Positions 10,728 to 23,189 of a DNA stretch of 64,000 bases are shown here, piece by piece (position 1 is the first letter of the stretch; every line of letters starts with the position of its first letter). The notes beneath the pieces were generated by a model. It had not been told where the DNA came from. It saw only the letters and a list, made by a program, of their open reading frames with translations, and did no database searches. The translations under genes were made by a program, and so were the position numbers. The stretch lies in assembly GCA_965649765.1 (NCBI GenBank), contig OZ287750.1:100440001-100504000 (forward strand). The letters are read 5' to 3'. This stretch comes from Bispira polyomma (Eukaryota).

Positions 10728-11228
10728 GATCAAACATTGAGGGATTCAAACAGGACTACAAACCCTCAATTGTGATTTATTTAAATAGGCTAGACCCTCT
10801 CCAAACTGCCCTTGTTCAATAGCTGCCTTAATTCTAAGAGACTGTTGGTATGTGTCATTCTCTGAATACCTAGAAGTGGACCCTGAATCAATATAAATTG
10901 ACATGAAGTTGTCGTAACTTTAAGCCTCTCAAACTAGACCTGGTGGCTGTGTTCATGCTGGCAAAGGCTGAGCTTTGCCCTAACTGAACCTCGTTGGTTT
11001 CTAGTGTCACACTTGTTATGCTATGCTCCACCTGAATGATACTACTAAAACTATAATCGCCAGCACAGACGCTAGAGAAAACACAAGGTGAGTTTCCAGC
11101 CTTACACATATCTCCAGACATCCACATATATCTATCGTGTTAGAGTAAAGAATCTAAAATTTGCCACTGTATTTGAAATTTGTCACCGATTTTTATTAAA
11201 ATTTTGGATAATACTAGCTGAAATTGAG

Positions 11229-11649
11229 ATGTTTGTGACTATTTTGCTTTACTTACCTCAATTCCAGTTATTTTTCACCCAGTTTTTATTGATTTGACTT
11301 AAATATTTTAGATACAGTGGCGAAGTTTAGATGTTCATCTGGGTGCACTGTTCAGACATGGGTGTGTGCCTAGTGTTATTGCGTTAATAGGGGTTTGTAT
11401 GTGTGCATATGGAAGTAGCCATTATTTCACACGATGCATCATGTTTGTGACTATTTTGCTTTACTTACCTCAATTTTAGTTTTTTTTTCACCCAGTTTTT
11501 ATTGATTTGGCTTAAATATTTTAGATACAGTGGCGAATTTTGGATGTTCATCTGGGTGTACTATTCAGACATGGGTGTGTTCCTTGTGTTATTGGGTTAA
11601 TAGGGGTTTGTATGTGTGCATATGGGGGTAGCCATTATTTCACACGATG
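11229..11649. repeat. Tandem duplication of ~210 bp
   Basis: 11229-11436 and 11441-11649 both begin atgtttgtgactattttgc and end tttcacacgatg, with several substitutions. Confidence 0.9.
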
Positions 11650-12429
11650 TTATAGGTTTGTGTGTGGCAGTGCACATTATGTCATGATTTTATACCATTG
11701 ATAATTGATATGACATTGGAGATTGCCAGTGTCTGAAGATGAAATATCTTTAAATCTGTGTTTTATATGTGTACATTTGAGGTTAACGTGGCTCAGGTGT
11801 CACATTTCTTATGATAATATACATCATTATTTTGAGTGCATGAACAGGCGATAAATTATGACAAAGTTATATGATATACATTATAATTACAAGAAATATA
11901 ATACACACAACAGGTTGTGATGTACAAACAAAATTTAGCATAAAATCAATTTCATTTTTGAAAAAGAGAACATTTTCTATCTATGATGAACAAAATATCC
12001 ATTATATTTTTAAATTATGATAGTTAGTTCGTGAACATTGTCTTGGCATGTTGCTTTCAATAATAAAGTTATATAATATGAGTTGGTTGGTCTGTGTTTG
12101 AGATTTTGTATTTTTCTATTCTACATATTACAAGATGTGTCTTTGTATTAACAATCGTGTCTATCTTTCACTGAAAATATTATCACTATTGCTTTTAATT
12201 TAAACGAAACGTGTGTGAGAAATTTAAAGAGGTCTAAAAGATTGAGTTACATGCATTTTCCTCATTGATGGCATGTAAACACAATCTACAGAGACAACCT
12301 TCACATTCCATTATTAATGTTACATTTTTAATAGTACATTAAAGGAGGAACATATGTTCATAAATGTTTTTCAAAATGAGACCGGAGTAAACATATGTTA
12401 CACTACAGCAGCACTCAGCTCGAAAATTT

Positions 12430-13260
12430 AATTGAATCTTCATCAGAAATAAAGGAGACAGAAGAGAAAGCCAGTCTAAACTATAAATGTTGGATGACAC
12501 AGTTAGAGCTCATTGTGATCCACTCTCACATGTGATATACGCAATATTCACACTGACTCCTCACTTAACTGCTTTAGAAAGAAGCTCAAAACCATACTTT
12601 TTAGCAACACTTTTGAATCTTAGGCTCCTTTCCCATTTTTGTTGTCATGGCCCCTGTGCTTCCAATGGTTATATTAATTAAGAGAAAAAATTATCCTGTA
12701 TCATGCGTCTTACAATCCACTAGCATGGATATCAGAGCTATAAAAGTTAGGTTAGAAGAACTCTACATCTACTTGAACTGTTTAATAATTACAAACAAGT
12801 GATAAATGGCGATATTACAGTTAAAGAATTTAGAACAGGAAGGAAAATAAATCTTAATTGGAACATACAATAAACTGGAAATGACACTTCCTTACATTAG
12901 GTCATAATTTGTACACAAAAAGTTTTCATTTATATATACACAACATGCAGAAAAGAATTTTATCTACTGATTTACTGATTTAGTAATATAACAGGTGCTG
13001 ATACAAAGCATGAAAATAAGTGGTGGCCTTATTTGAAGGAGAGGAATGACTGAGACTGGTGTGGCTAATGTCAATGTCAATCTGTGCAGAAGTGAATAAT
13101 TCGATGGAAGAACTTACCGCTGTTGCATGTAGTACAATGAAACAAGATAGAGACAAAACTAAAGCAAGACAGGTCAGGGATTTGATGGATAAATGAAAAA
13201 ATCCATCTGTAGCAGATCCATGTTTATGTAACTAAGTGTACACTTATAAACTTTACCATA
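12430..13260 (-). repeat. Duplicated block downstream of vWA gene A (probable 3' UTR exons), paralogous to ~51460-52360
   Basis: Shared tracts such as gagctcattgtga.ccact.tcacatgtgat, tcataatttgtacacaaaa and actgagactggtgtggct. Confidence 0.75.
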
Positions 13261-13424
13261 CCAAAAAGACCTGTGTTAAATATAACTATGGAGACCAAAT
13301 GCAGGTACAGGTAATAGTTCTTTATTTTTGAATAAACAGACATTATTAATTAATAACACTTTGATGAATATGGTTAGTAAATTCAGTCTTGTATGCAACC
13401 TGTGTTTCATCCTCTCCTATTATG

Positions 13425-16400
13425 CTAGCGAGGACAAACTAAAAGAGAGAAAAAATAAATTAATTAATACATACACACAAAAATGACTTAAATACTTTAT
13501 AAATATTATGTTGTTCTTTAAATAGATCAGCTTTGTAAATGCATATTGTACAGCTGTTTTTAATTTAAGCAATACCACTAACCTTTCCCTGGTTTCTGAC
13601 ATAAAAGAATAATGTCCCAAATGTGATTGATGTCTTCTACAGTTAATACATTACTTGCTTTTCCACAGGCCATAATGAGTAGTTGTTTTGAGTCCACTTC
13701 TAAACCAAGTCCAATAACCAAAACCCTGTTAAAATTCAATTGGTTTTGTGGATTATATAAAATTAATCTTCAGTGAGGTCATTTTATGGATCATTTCAGT
13801 AGGACTACTCAGTGTCTTGGATTCTGACTGGTGTATCAGACTATATATCTACATAAACTATGAAATGAGAAGAACACATATAATCTATACTATAATTTAC
13901 TTATTCTATCATTTTCATCCCAAGCTATATTTGGAAATCTTTCAGTTCTTTACAATTACTTTTATTCATACATTCACGTAGCCGTGAAATATGACCTTTT
14001 GACGTGCGCCAATGAAAATGTATAGGAATTGTAGTGTAGAATTTAACCCATTTCTTTGCACAAAATATCACCAAAAATTAAACATATTATAAAATATCAA
14101 TCTAAAGCAATGTTAAAACATAAAATTCAAAGGCTGTTGATCTTCTTTCGACATATAATCTCTTTTATATACACAACCCTGGTTGTTTTACCACTATTTT
14201 AATTGTTTTACCATAAAAACTTACACCACTGCTAATTTATTTTGAGTTTTGTTATCTCAATAACTGTAAATCTGAGAATGCAACTGTAATTTTGCTATAC
14301 ATTATGATAAAAGGCCTTGTCGTAAATAAATGTTGTATACAGGTGACCTTTCTACACAGAGTCCGAGTTTTAGTAATTCATACTTACTTGCTACATCGAC
14401 ACAAGCGGTTGGAGGATGATATCAGTTTGCCCATATTTTCCATAGTCCTACTTGCTGTTATTATTATTGTCAAGGTAGGTGCCCTTTTTCTAGAAAAAAA
14501 TTGGTGCAAGATACAGTATCTTAAGTGAATTTTAGAGCTTAACTAGAATACCATGTGAAGCAGGGACTATGTACATCTATTGTGGTGAGCCACAGTAGTG
14601 AGAACAGGCATGATTATCTATGTAACCACTTATGAAAGGTGACATGCGAAGCTTCCAAAAGGAAAACACATCAGTTCAGCTGTCATTTTTGTACAGCATA
14701 CTGCTAAAGACAGTGGCCTCAAACATTACCCCAATCTGATATGTATTTAGTACACCACAGTTTTATAATAGAAAACAGATCTCCTGCCGCACTACCAGCC
14801 ATTCACATAGTGGCACCACAAAGAGGGTGACAAAAATTAGTATCACATACGCTGTCAGGTTGAATTATGACAAAAATACATTTATTAAAATGGCATACCA
14901 AAATTACAAATAACACTTCATTTTAAAAGCAACTGCTAAAAGATGCCATGTTAAGTTTTCAGTAAAATAAATATATTACTATAAAATTAAATAACATATA
15001 TTTTAAAATGTATTAGCATACTAATATCAATAGAATAGTAATATATATGTATATAAAAGTTTTATACTGAATTTGTATTTACCTGTTTGGTGGACTTCTA
15101 CAAAAAATTTTTTTAGCCTTTTTAAGAACTTTGGATAAACTACTAATTTTAGTTCCTATATATGGAACTGCCGCTATGCTACTGCCAAGATTAACATTAT
15201 TGGCTGTGCTTAGAGTTTGTAAATTCCAGTTAGACACTGCATTGTTGCCGAAGGTCATCACAGCCACCTAAAGTAATGTAAGCTTTATTAAAATGATATA
15301 TACTTTGTGTATGTGAGTGTAATGAATTAACATACCAGTGTACAGTTTGGGCAAACACAAGTAGTAATTGACTTATTTTGATTTTTTTTGAGTGAAAATT
15401 TAAGGAGTAAAAACATTAACTTAAGGCAGAACTTAACTGTCCACATACATTTAAGTAAAATGTTAAGAATATCGGTAACAAGCATTACATGTATAATGTG
15501 AACTAACTACATTTACAAACTTATGGAATGTTACTTCGAATTTGAGTGAAGTCAACAGAAAAGGTGAATTCAACCTAAAGTGAGACTTAGTAGGGCTCGT
15601 ACGTGATCAACCATAACTGGAAGGTGTTTTCACATGATTAAACCACCAAAGAGAGGATGTGTGCATTAAGATGATACTACAGATTAATCCTAGTGGAAGT
15701 TATAGATGACGAAAATAACAGAATGAGACCCACTGGGATTATACCTTATGAAAATAACAAGCAGAGGATTATACATAAATATGAAATAAACAGCCCATTG
15801 TAAAACAATAGGGAAATTCAGATTTTGGAGAGTAAAAGGGGCTTATTAAAATCAGATATTTAGGTAATAGATTGTAGAAGTTGTACTCATATTCCATGTA
15901 CAAATTAAAACATTGGTAGGTTACAGAAAGTTTAGTTATATAGCCGAAACGAAAATATTAGCACTTTCAACCCAGTACCTATATTGTCATATTCATAATA
16001 ATTAAATATTACTAAATTATTACCTGCACATTACACTTTTTAATCTTGAGGTCAGCAACCAAGTCCGACATAAACTGCTTTAGAACGATAAAGTCTATCA
16101 TGGTCATGGTGGAACTTGCATCAGAGATCAATAGGAGGTCTAATGCACCACCCAGAACTATTGTAGAAATACACAATCATAATACATTCACAAAATATTA
16201 TTGTTATATATTAGGCTGGGTCATGTACTTACTTTAACCTGTAACACATGTCACTTAAATACATAAATGCTTATATGGAGGTCATTATATGAGTAGGACT
16301 TTGATATTACTACTAAAAATCATTGTTAAAGTGTAGAAATAAATGTCAAAGCGTTAATATGTACACCGACTACTACTTTTAAATTTAAAAACGGAATGTG

Positions 16401-19400
16401 CATGTTCGAGAAGCTTGGTAAAACTTATTTTAGTCTTTTAATATGAATGACGGTACAGACACATTTATATTGTCTGCACTGCTTATATTTTTTGAAATGA
16501 CTATACATAATCTGAACTTACTGAAAAAAGCCTTTCCAAGAACACATTCATTAAAAAAACACCCATAGAGAGATGACATATAAAATTGATCTAGCAAAGA
16601 ACTGTGTAAGTTCAAAAGCTTTAACAATTTTCTTTTGTTTATTCTTATGATATATATATGCTTTTGTTGCCAGAGCAATTTCCAATAAGGTGGCATTGGT
16701 CATTCATCTGATCAAAGGCCATGACCTTGATGTCGCTCGCATGTCTGAGACATGGTTGTAAAGCAAGGACACCCTGATCTTTCCTTACTGAAACAACGCT
16801 TTCTGTCTCCAAATTGCTTTACTCCCTGGGCCTGATAGGAGCAGTGGTGGAGTTGGCTTATTTAATAAAACACCTTTTCTTGGGATGGTTTCAATGTCCA
16901 AAGCCCTTTGCATTATTCAAAAGTGTTAAATTTTCCTTCTGTATCAGCATTCGCCAAATATTTTTCAGAATTCCTAAAAACCCTCACTTATCTTAGGATT
17001 TATTTAGAGAGAAAGTAGTCAAAAATAGTGCTAATTGCCAAGTCTTATATATTTTCTTGTTCTAAAAATGAAAGAAGTCCAAATATAAAAGAATTTCAGC
17101 AGTACATCAACAAGATTTTCAATGATTTAGTTCTTCTTGCAAAAAGTAATCGCAAATATATAAACTTCTTTAGAAAGTGGTCGAGTTTTAAGCTTGTTGA
17201 TATTAATACATACCTAATTTATATGGAATACTAATATTGTTTCATTATATAAATAAGAGTACTGAATTGTTTTTTTTGTTTTTTTTTATTTATTGTTTTT
17301 TTATCACATGTGATTTTGTACACATCTTGTTTGTGCTACACTAATTGTGCATTGTAACAGTTCTGTACTTCAGAGCATCGTATTACTACTCCTTTTTTCG
17401 AGTTCAAAGAAACACGAGGGGATTATAGTAAGAGGCTATGCAATCTCTGGTGTCAAATTCAGCTTATCTGTCTTAAGTGAAATATCACTTTGTTTTTTTT
17501 TGTTCTGAGTTGCACAAGTAAAGTACAGTCTCTTAATTTGTTCAGATCAACTGGTTCGATAAGACACATGCAGTTGAGTTTATTAAGAGCAAATAGTAAC
17601 AGAACCAACAAAGATCTCTCATCATCCAATCCATAAACAAGCAAAAACCATGGCCAAGTGCAAACAACATTGGTCGAATCTGTATTCAAAAGGCATATCC
17701 TGTTAAGATATAATCGGTTTTCAATCATTTGTTTGGGTACCCATATTGGAATCATATTTGTTCATTACTAGTGCTCCCTATCTATCCTTTGAGCCCAACA
17801 AGGCGATACCTTAAATGTGTGGAGATGATCCCATGACACAGGTACCAAGGCTACACCAGCAGTATACTCAAAATCTATATATATAAATATCTGCAATTTA
17901 CTTACAATATGTCTACTGAAGTTGAAAACATTTACCGTATCTCTTTTTTGCAATATTAAAAATTAATAAATTTTCGCCTTTTTATACAGTTATTGATCAT
18001 TTTGTCTTTTTATTGGCCAATTGTCCATTTTAACCTTGCTACTATAGTATATTAGTACAATATAATTACATATCTCCTTACCTCATTTATATTGGGGGCC
18101 GCGGTGGCCTAGTCGTTAGCAAGCATTGCGCTTCACAATGACTGGTCTCTAACCTCTGGGCGGCGTGAGTTTGAATCCTGTCAATGTCTATGTGAGAAAG
18201 GTGGTAGTTCCTTACTGTGGGCCGCTGGTTTCAGTGCAGAACTTTGATCAACTGTATGCAGTGTTTCCTCCACCGTTTCCAACTACCCGTCCCAATGTAA
18301 CCTAAACATCCTTGTTTTTATTTAATTTGCTGTTAGGGCAACAGAACCCCACTCACAGCATTTGGAAACCACCACTTTTTACAAACATCCAACGTTTATA
18401 AAACCATGGATAAATGAATCCCTCAACAACCTAAACTGTGCCACCTGTTCTCTGTGCGCACAACTTCGTTACCCATTCGTTTTTATAGAAATAACAGTTT
18501 CTTTGAGTCTCTGCTACTCACCCTTGTTGGTTACATCATTTTGAACCCTGGTCCAACTAATGGAACTATTGGTCCTTCTCGATGCCAGATGAAGATAGTT
18601 GGCATCAATATTCAATCAATCCGGAACAAGGATCAATTCTTTTTCGACCTAACAGAGTCAATAAAACTTGACATTGCCTGTCTAAAACCTGGCTCACCAT
18701 CGAAGACACATTTTTTACAGAATTTACCCCAATGGTTATAAACCATTCCATCAACATAGACTTCATGGACGTGGTGGTGTTTGAATCTTTGTGAGGGATT
18801 GCTTTGCAGCTCAAGCTGTGGAAGTTCTGGCAACTATGACTTTTGAGGTTCACTCTCGAGGTTTTTTACTACTTTCACTAATTTGTTGTTGCCTTGTTGT
18901 ATCATCCTCCATGTTTTTCTAGCCGGGAGGAATTTCTGGCTGAATTCACACAATTCCTAGAGACCCTTAGTCTACTTCTAGATGAATGCCTCATCTTTGG
19001 TGATTTTAACATAAAAGTGAACATGAATGAGACCATTTTAATTCAAAAGTCAAGTGATCAACATGATTCTACAAAGAATAATAAATATTGCAAATTTACT
19101 TAGGGCTGTAATTGCCCACATACAATCACAACTGGTGGTTATTATGGATCAAGGGCAGGATAAGAAGATTACGAAAGCAAAGGGAAGCAATGAACCTACA
19201 GCTTCAGGCTCCGACAAGGGCGGCCAGAAGAGGAAGAGCAAGGCCAATGTTGTGAACAACCTGGCTCAGGGAAAGGGAGGAAGATAGACACTACACAGCG
19301 CTTGAGATCAGGATACAGAGACACACCACAAGGTACAGGAAGACACTGCCCCCTGGAATCAAGATAGCCATAACTTTGAGGCGTTTGGCTACTGGGGAGT

Positions 19401-21287
19401 CCTACACATTGTTGCAGTACTTGTTCGTAGTGGGCAAGTCAACCATGACAAAGTCTGTGCCAGAAATTTGCCAGGCCATCATCAACAAGTCTCAAGAAGA
19501 ATTCCTCACATGCCCCACCAGCCCCAACAACTGGAAGAAGGCCCTGGAGGCAATAGACAGCAAACACATTGAGATGCCCCAGCAAAGGTGGGAGCGAGTA
19601 CTTCAACTACAAGGGGTACCACTCAATTGTCATGCATGCCCAGGTGACACCTGTCAGGCCTCAGTCAACAATCCAGGTGAGGGCTGAATACGTCATGGCA
19701 GTCTTTGTTGGGGTTGCTGGGGTTGCTGGTACATGACCTGCGGTGGTTGCTGTTGAGGTACAATCTCAGGTGGAACCATCTGGTATTGCATCTGGGGTTG
19801 TGCCTGACACTGCTGATCATGCTGGCACTATGGCACTGCTTGTGGCCATCCGGTCCTGGATAGCGTTCACAAAGTTGAATGCCTCCCTTCTGAAGTGGTT
19901 GAAATGCTCATCTGGCAATATTTCGTCCTCTAAATTTTAACCAGTTGAGAAATGCCGACTTGGGTCCCTCAGCCTTGGCCTCATTAAAGAAGCCTGAGAT
20001 TGTGTCCTGCATTGTGGCCAGCGTATCACTCAGCTCACTAGAAAGTGCTGCCTCAGGATTCGCAGTTGATCTGATACAGAATAAAGACTGTTTTGAGGCA
20101 CTCCCAGGGGATACTATCAGCAAAAAAGACTCCATCTCTGTTTCAGCACGTCGGTCTATGTCTAAATGGGACCCCACCCTGGGAGGTGCTAATTCTGCTA
20201 GAGGCATGTACAAAGAGGTGGATGCGATGGGTCTGAAGCCAGCTGCTCTCGAGACATGTCGTATGATGTGAGGTTTCAAAAGGTCATAGGTGTTCTTGAC
20301 CCATTGCTGTCTGTCTGTCAAATCAGCTGGTGCCTGGCCGAACTTCCTGGTGTCCAGCTTGCCATAGATAGTACTCTGTGATTGAAACCACTTCTTCATT
20401 TCTTCCTCAGGCGGCTTCCCAAAATACGGCGCCGACCAATATGATTTGCACCCGAGTTATCTTTTGACAACCTGATGTATCATTTCACTCCCCTATCCTA
20501 TCTTTTGTTCTCCCAAGTTATCTTTTCGATCGGCTGGCACCAACGACTTACCATCTGTATGGCCCCACCTATCTTTTTAATCTAGGCTTCCCTAACGACT
20601 TATCATTTGTTTCAAAATCTATCTTTTCAATCAGAGGATCTCTTTTTGACACATGACATGATAACTAAGGGGTTGAAAGAGAACTCGTAATGGCCCCCGA
20701 CCTATCTATGTTTAGGGAAAATAAGTAAGGATGACTTTTAACATGTTTGGAAACCTCTGTGACCTCCCCAATTGGAAATGATAAGTCGTTAGAAGCCCCC
20801 AGACGTCCCGATAATTGCCCCTATCTTTTAATCGTAATGATTGGTGGCTATGATCGGCATAGTGGAACATGGGTATATACCTCAAATAACTATTAGGTAT
20901 ACACAATACACATGCTATATACCACTGGTATGCCCTTATTTCTAAATACACTTTTGGACATGTATTGCTCAAATAACTACCACATTTATATAGTACACAT
21001 GACTAATACCACTGGAAACCAATTGTGACCAATACAACTTTACCATCAACATATTTAGTGTTACCAGTTATATAGCTTAATTTAGTACAAAATATATAAA
21101 AAATTATAGTTAAATTGTTGCGCATCAGAATCGGCTACTATGTAGATTAAGTGTCTGAAGGAGTGTCTTTAGATTAGATTAAATTACATTTTTAAGAGCC
21201 ACTGTTTGACAGAGGAACATATTATTATTACACACACTTACCACTGGGAGTGCAAATCAGAGATAAAAACAGTATCATAAATTTCAT
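13425..21287 (-). CDS. Secreted single von Willebrand A-domain protein, paralog A (207 aa, 6 coding exons)
   Basis: Exons 21287-21242, 16157-16024, 15267-15083, 14489-14388, 13725-13583 and 13438-13425 are all GT-AG and phase-compatible. Protein: MKFMILFLSLICTPSVLG-GALDLLLISDASSTMTMIDFIVLKQFMSDLVADLKIKKCNVQVAVMTFG...PNRKRAPTLTIIITAS...KVLVIGLGLEVDSKQLLIMACG...CQKPGKVCPR*. This follows the vWA strand/helix pattern. Exon lengths match paralog B except exon 4 (102 vs 99 nt) and the short stop exon. Confidence 0.85.
17028..17234 (+). mobile_element. Tx1/L1-like LINE 3' fragment in intron 1 of gene A
   Basis: LIAKSYIFSC...P....F......F.RKW resembles the extreme ORF2 C-terminus of Tx1-like elements. 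Confidence 0.5.
18094..18308 (+). mobile_element. tRNA-derived SINE
   Basis: Box A-like GGTGGCCTAGTCG and box B-like GAGTTTGAATCC. The body is homologous to 34797-35045. Confidence 0.8.
18500..19040 (+). mobile_element. Degenerate L2/CR1-group APE endonuclease fragment
   Basis: GYIILNPGP...INIQSIRNK...LYHPP...CLIFGDFNI. Smaller related scraps lie near 16700-16900 and 22030-22170. Confidence 0.65.
19100..20410. mobile_element. PIF/Harbinger relic: transposase (+) and convergent Myb/SANT-like ORF (-)
   Basis: + strand TLRRLATGESY...VGKST...CQAI...AIDSKHI...FNYKGYHSIV. - strand KWFQSQSTIYGKL...LTDRQQWV...LLKPHI. Confidence 0.75.
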
Positions 21288-23189
21288 ATTTATCTCATTT
21301 CATATTTATCTCATGTTGTCTCACTGTTCTGTTGGCTGAATACTTTACACAGAGACTACTACTTTTAACAACATAATTTGCAGGTTGAGAAAGCTTATAA
21401 CACTTACAACATTCTTTTAAAATGATAGAACCACTGAGACAGTTCTATTATCTGCACCACTAATATATTTTGAAGGGACTAAGGAAAGACTAAACCTATT
21501 GAAAGCCTTTCAGAACAGAACACAAAGAAAGAAAGAAAGAAAGAAAGAACGCAAGAAATCAAACACAGAATGAGCAGGTTAAGCTTAATACATCTTTTAT
21601 TCTTTAAAAGTATTGATTGCAGTGAGACATGTTTATTGTTTGCAGTTATACCTTTTGAAAGAACAACACACAGTCTGAACTTATCCTTTTTAAAAACACA
21701 TTAATCAAACAAAAACAACCACAGAGAAATGACGTATGTACCATCCCCATTTCAAAGAATATAGCTTTGCAGACACTTTGATTCATTAAACAGGCGTATG
21801 AGTAACAAAGCAATCAATCATTGTCTAAAGTGTGTGACCACAAACTCAAAAGCTTCAGCAATTTGTTTTATTTATTTTCATGATCTATTAAAACTAGAGT
21901 CAGTTGAGTGAAATCAATGTAATATAATGGAAATTGTTGTGATAGAGTGACTGTTATCTTCAGCTTGTTGTTTAATTAAATGTTTCATAGCACAACATTG
22001 CTTCAATTTGACAACATTAAAAAATCATTAGCCCTGGTCTTCTCTCAACCAAAAACAAAATTGGTGCTTTTAATGCCAGATCAATTCGCCATAAGATGCC
22101 ATCAGTCATTTATCTGATTGAAACCCATGACCTTGATGTGACTTTCATATCTGATACATTGTGGTGAATCAAGGACATTTCAAAGCCAAGAAAGAATCAC
22201 TCCAGTTATAAAACTCAATGCATAGAATACTCTACCGTACTTCAAGGTTTGTCTGATAGTTACTGTCTCACAATATATGGCTTTTCAACAATGTCTCATT
22301 GTGCCCACCATCTATGGGTTACAAAGTTTCTAATCTATCAAATACTGTGAACCAGATCCTATCCCTGTCATTGTTCTGATGGAATGTCTCGTTCTGATAA
22401 CTCCTATTACCAATATTATTAAATATTAAAAGGGATAGTATTGGATTATATTTTACAGATGAAATTATCGTATAATCCTATAAAATATTGAAGTTCATTT
22501 GATGACATATTTTACTACATATTATTGGGTAAACTTCAAAATAATGGTTTTGAGCTTTAACAAAATGGAATATGTTATTGCAGATGGAGCCAGGTGGAGC
22601 AATATCATATTCAAGAACGAAATGATAGGTTTCATGACTGGCTAAGTGAAAGAGTGTAGTACTATTTTGGTTTAAAAATAAAAGTGGGCAGAGCTTATAT
22701 CTAAAAATTGGTAAACCACAGATGCGAGATAAACCAACAGACAGAAATGACAACTTGGCAGTACAGAATATAACAAAATGTGACTGAAGGGAACCGTGGA
22801 CAGAGCTATAATCCCAATAATATTATAGTTCCGATACTGTACTGAACATTATTTCACAGCTAACGAAAAATGGGCGAAAAATGGCCATTGAAAAAAAAAA
22901 GACATCCAGTAAACCACAGTCGTTAGTTAAGGTACTGAGGAGAAATTTCTAATAAAACAAAAAAAAATGGTGCATTGAGTTTTGAATATGTGGTGGCAGT
23001 GAGTCTTTTAAAGGCAGTTTAAGTGTAATATATCAATTCAATCCTTTGATCGACTTTTTTGCATATATGTTTACTATTCACACAGTTTTTTTTTTTTTTT
23101 TATTAATAAATCTCCAATTAAAAGTCTAAAACAGTAGGGTTCATTTGATAGAGCTTATTATTAGGACACACATTACATTGAGCTTGCCA

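Noticed and set aside
13118-13230. Hydrophobic frame (LTCLALVLSLSCFIVLHATA) that could be a GPI/TM tail or signal peptide
   Set aside because: The reading frame is not conserved in the paralogous block at 52233-52350, and it lies downstream of the stop codons.
18094-18180. Possible tRNA gene
   Set aside because: It has A and B boxes but no complete cloverleaf, and it continues into a body shared with 34797-35045, so it is a SINE.
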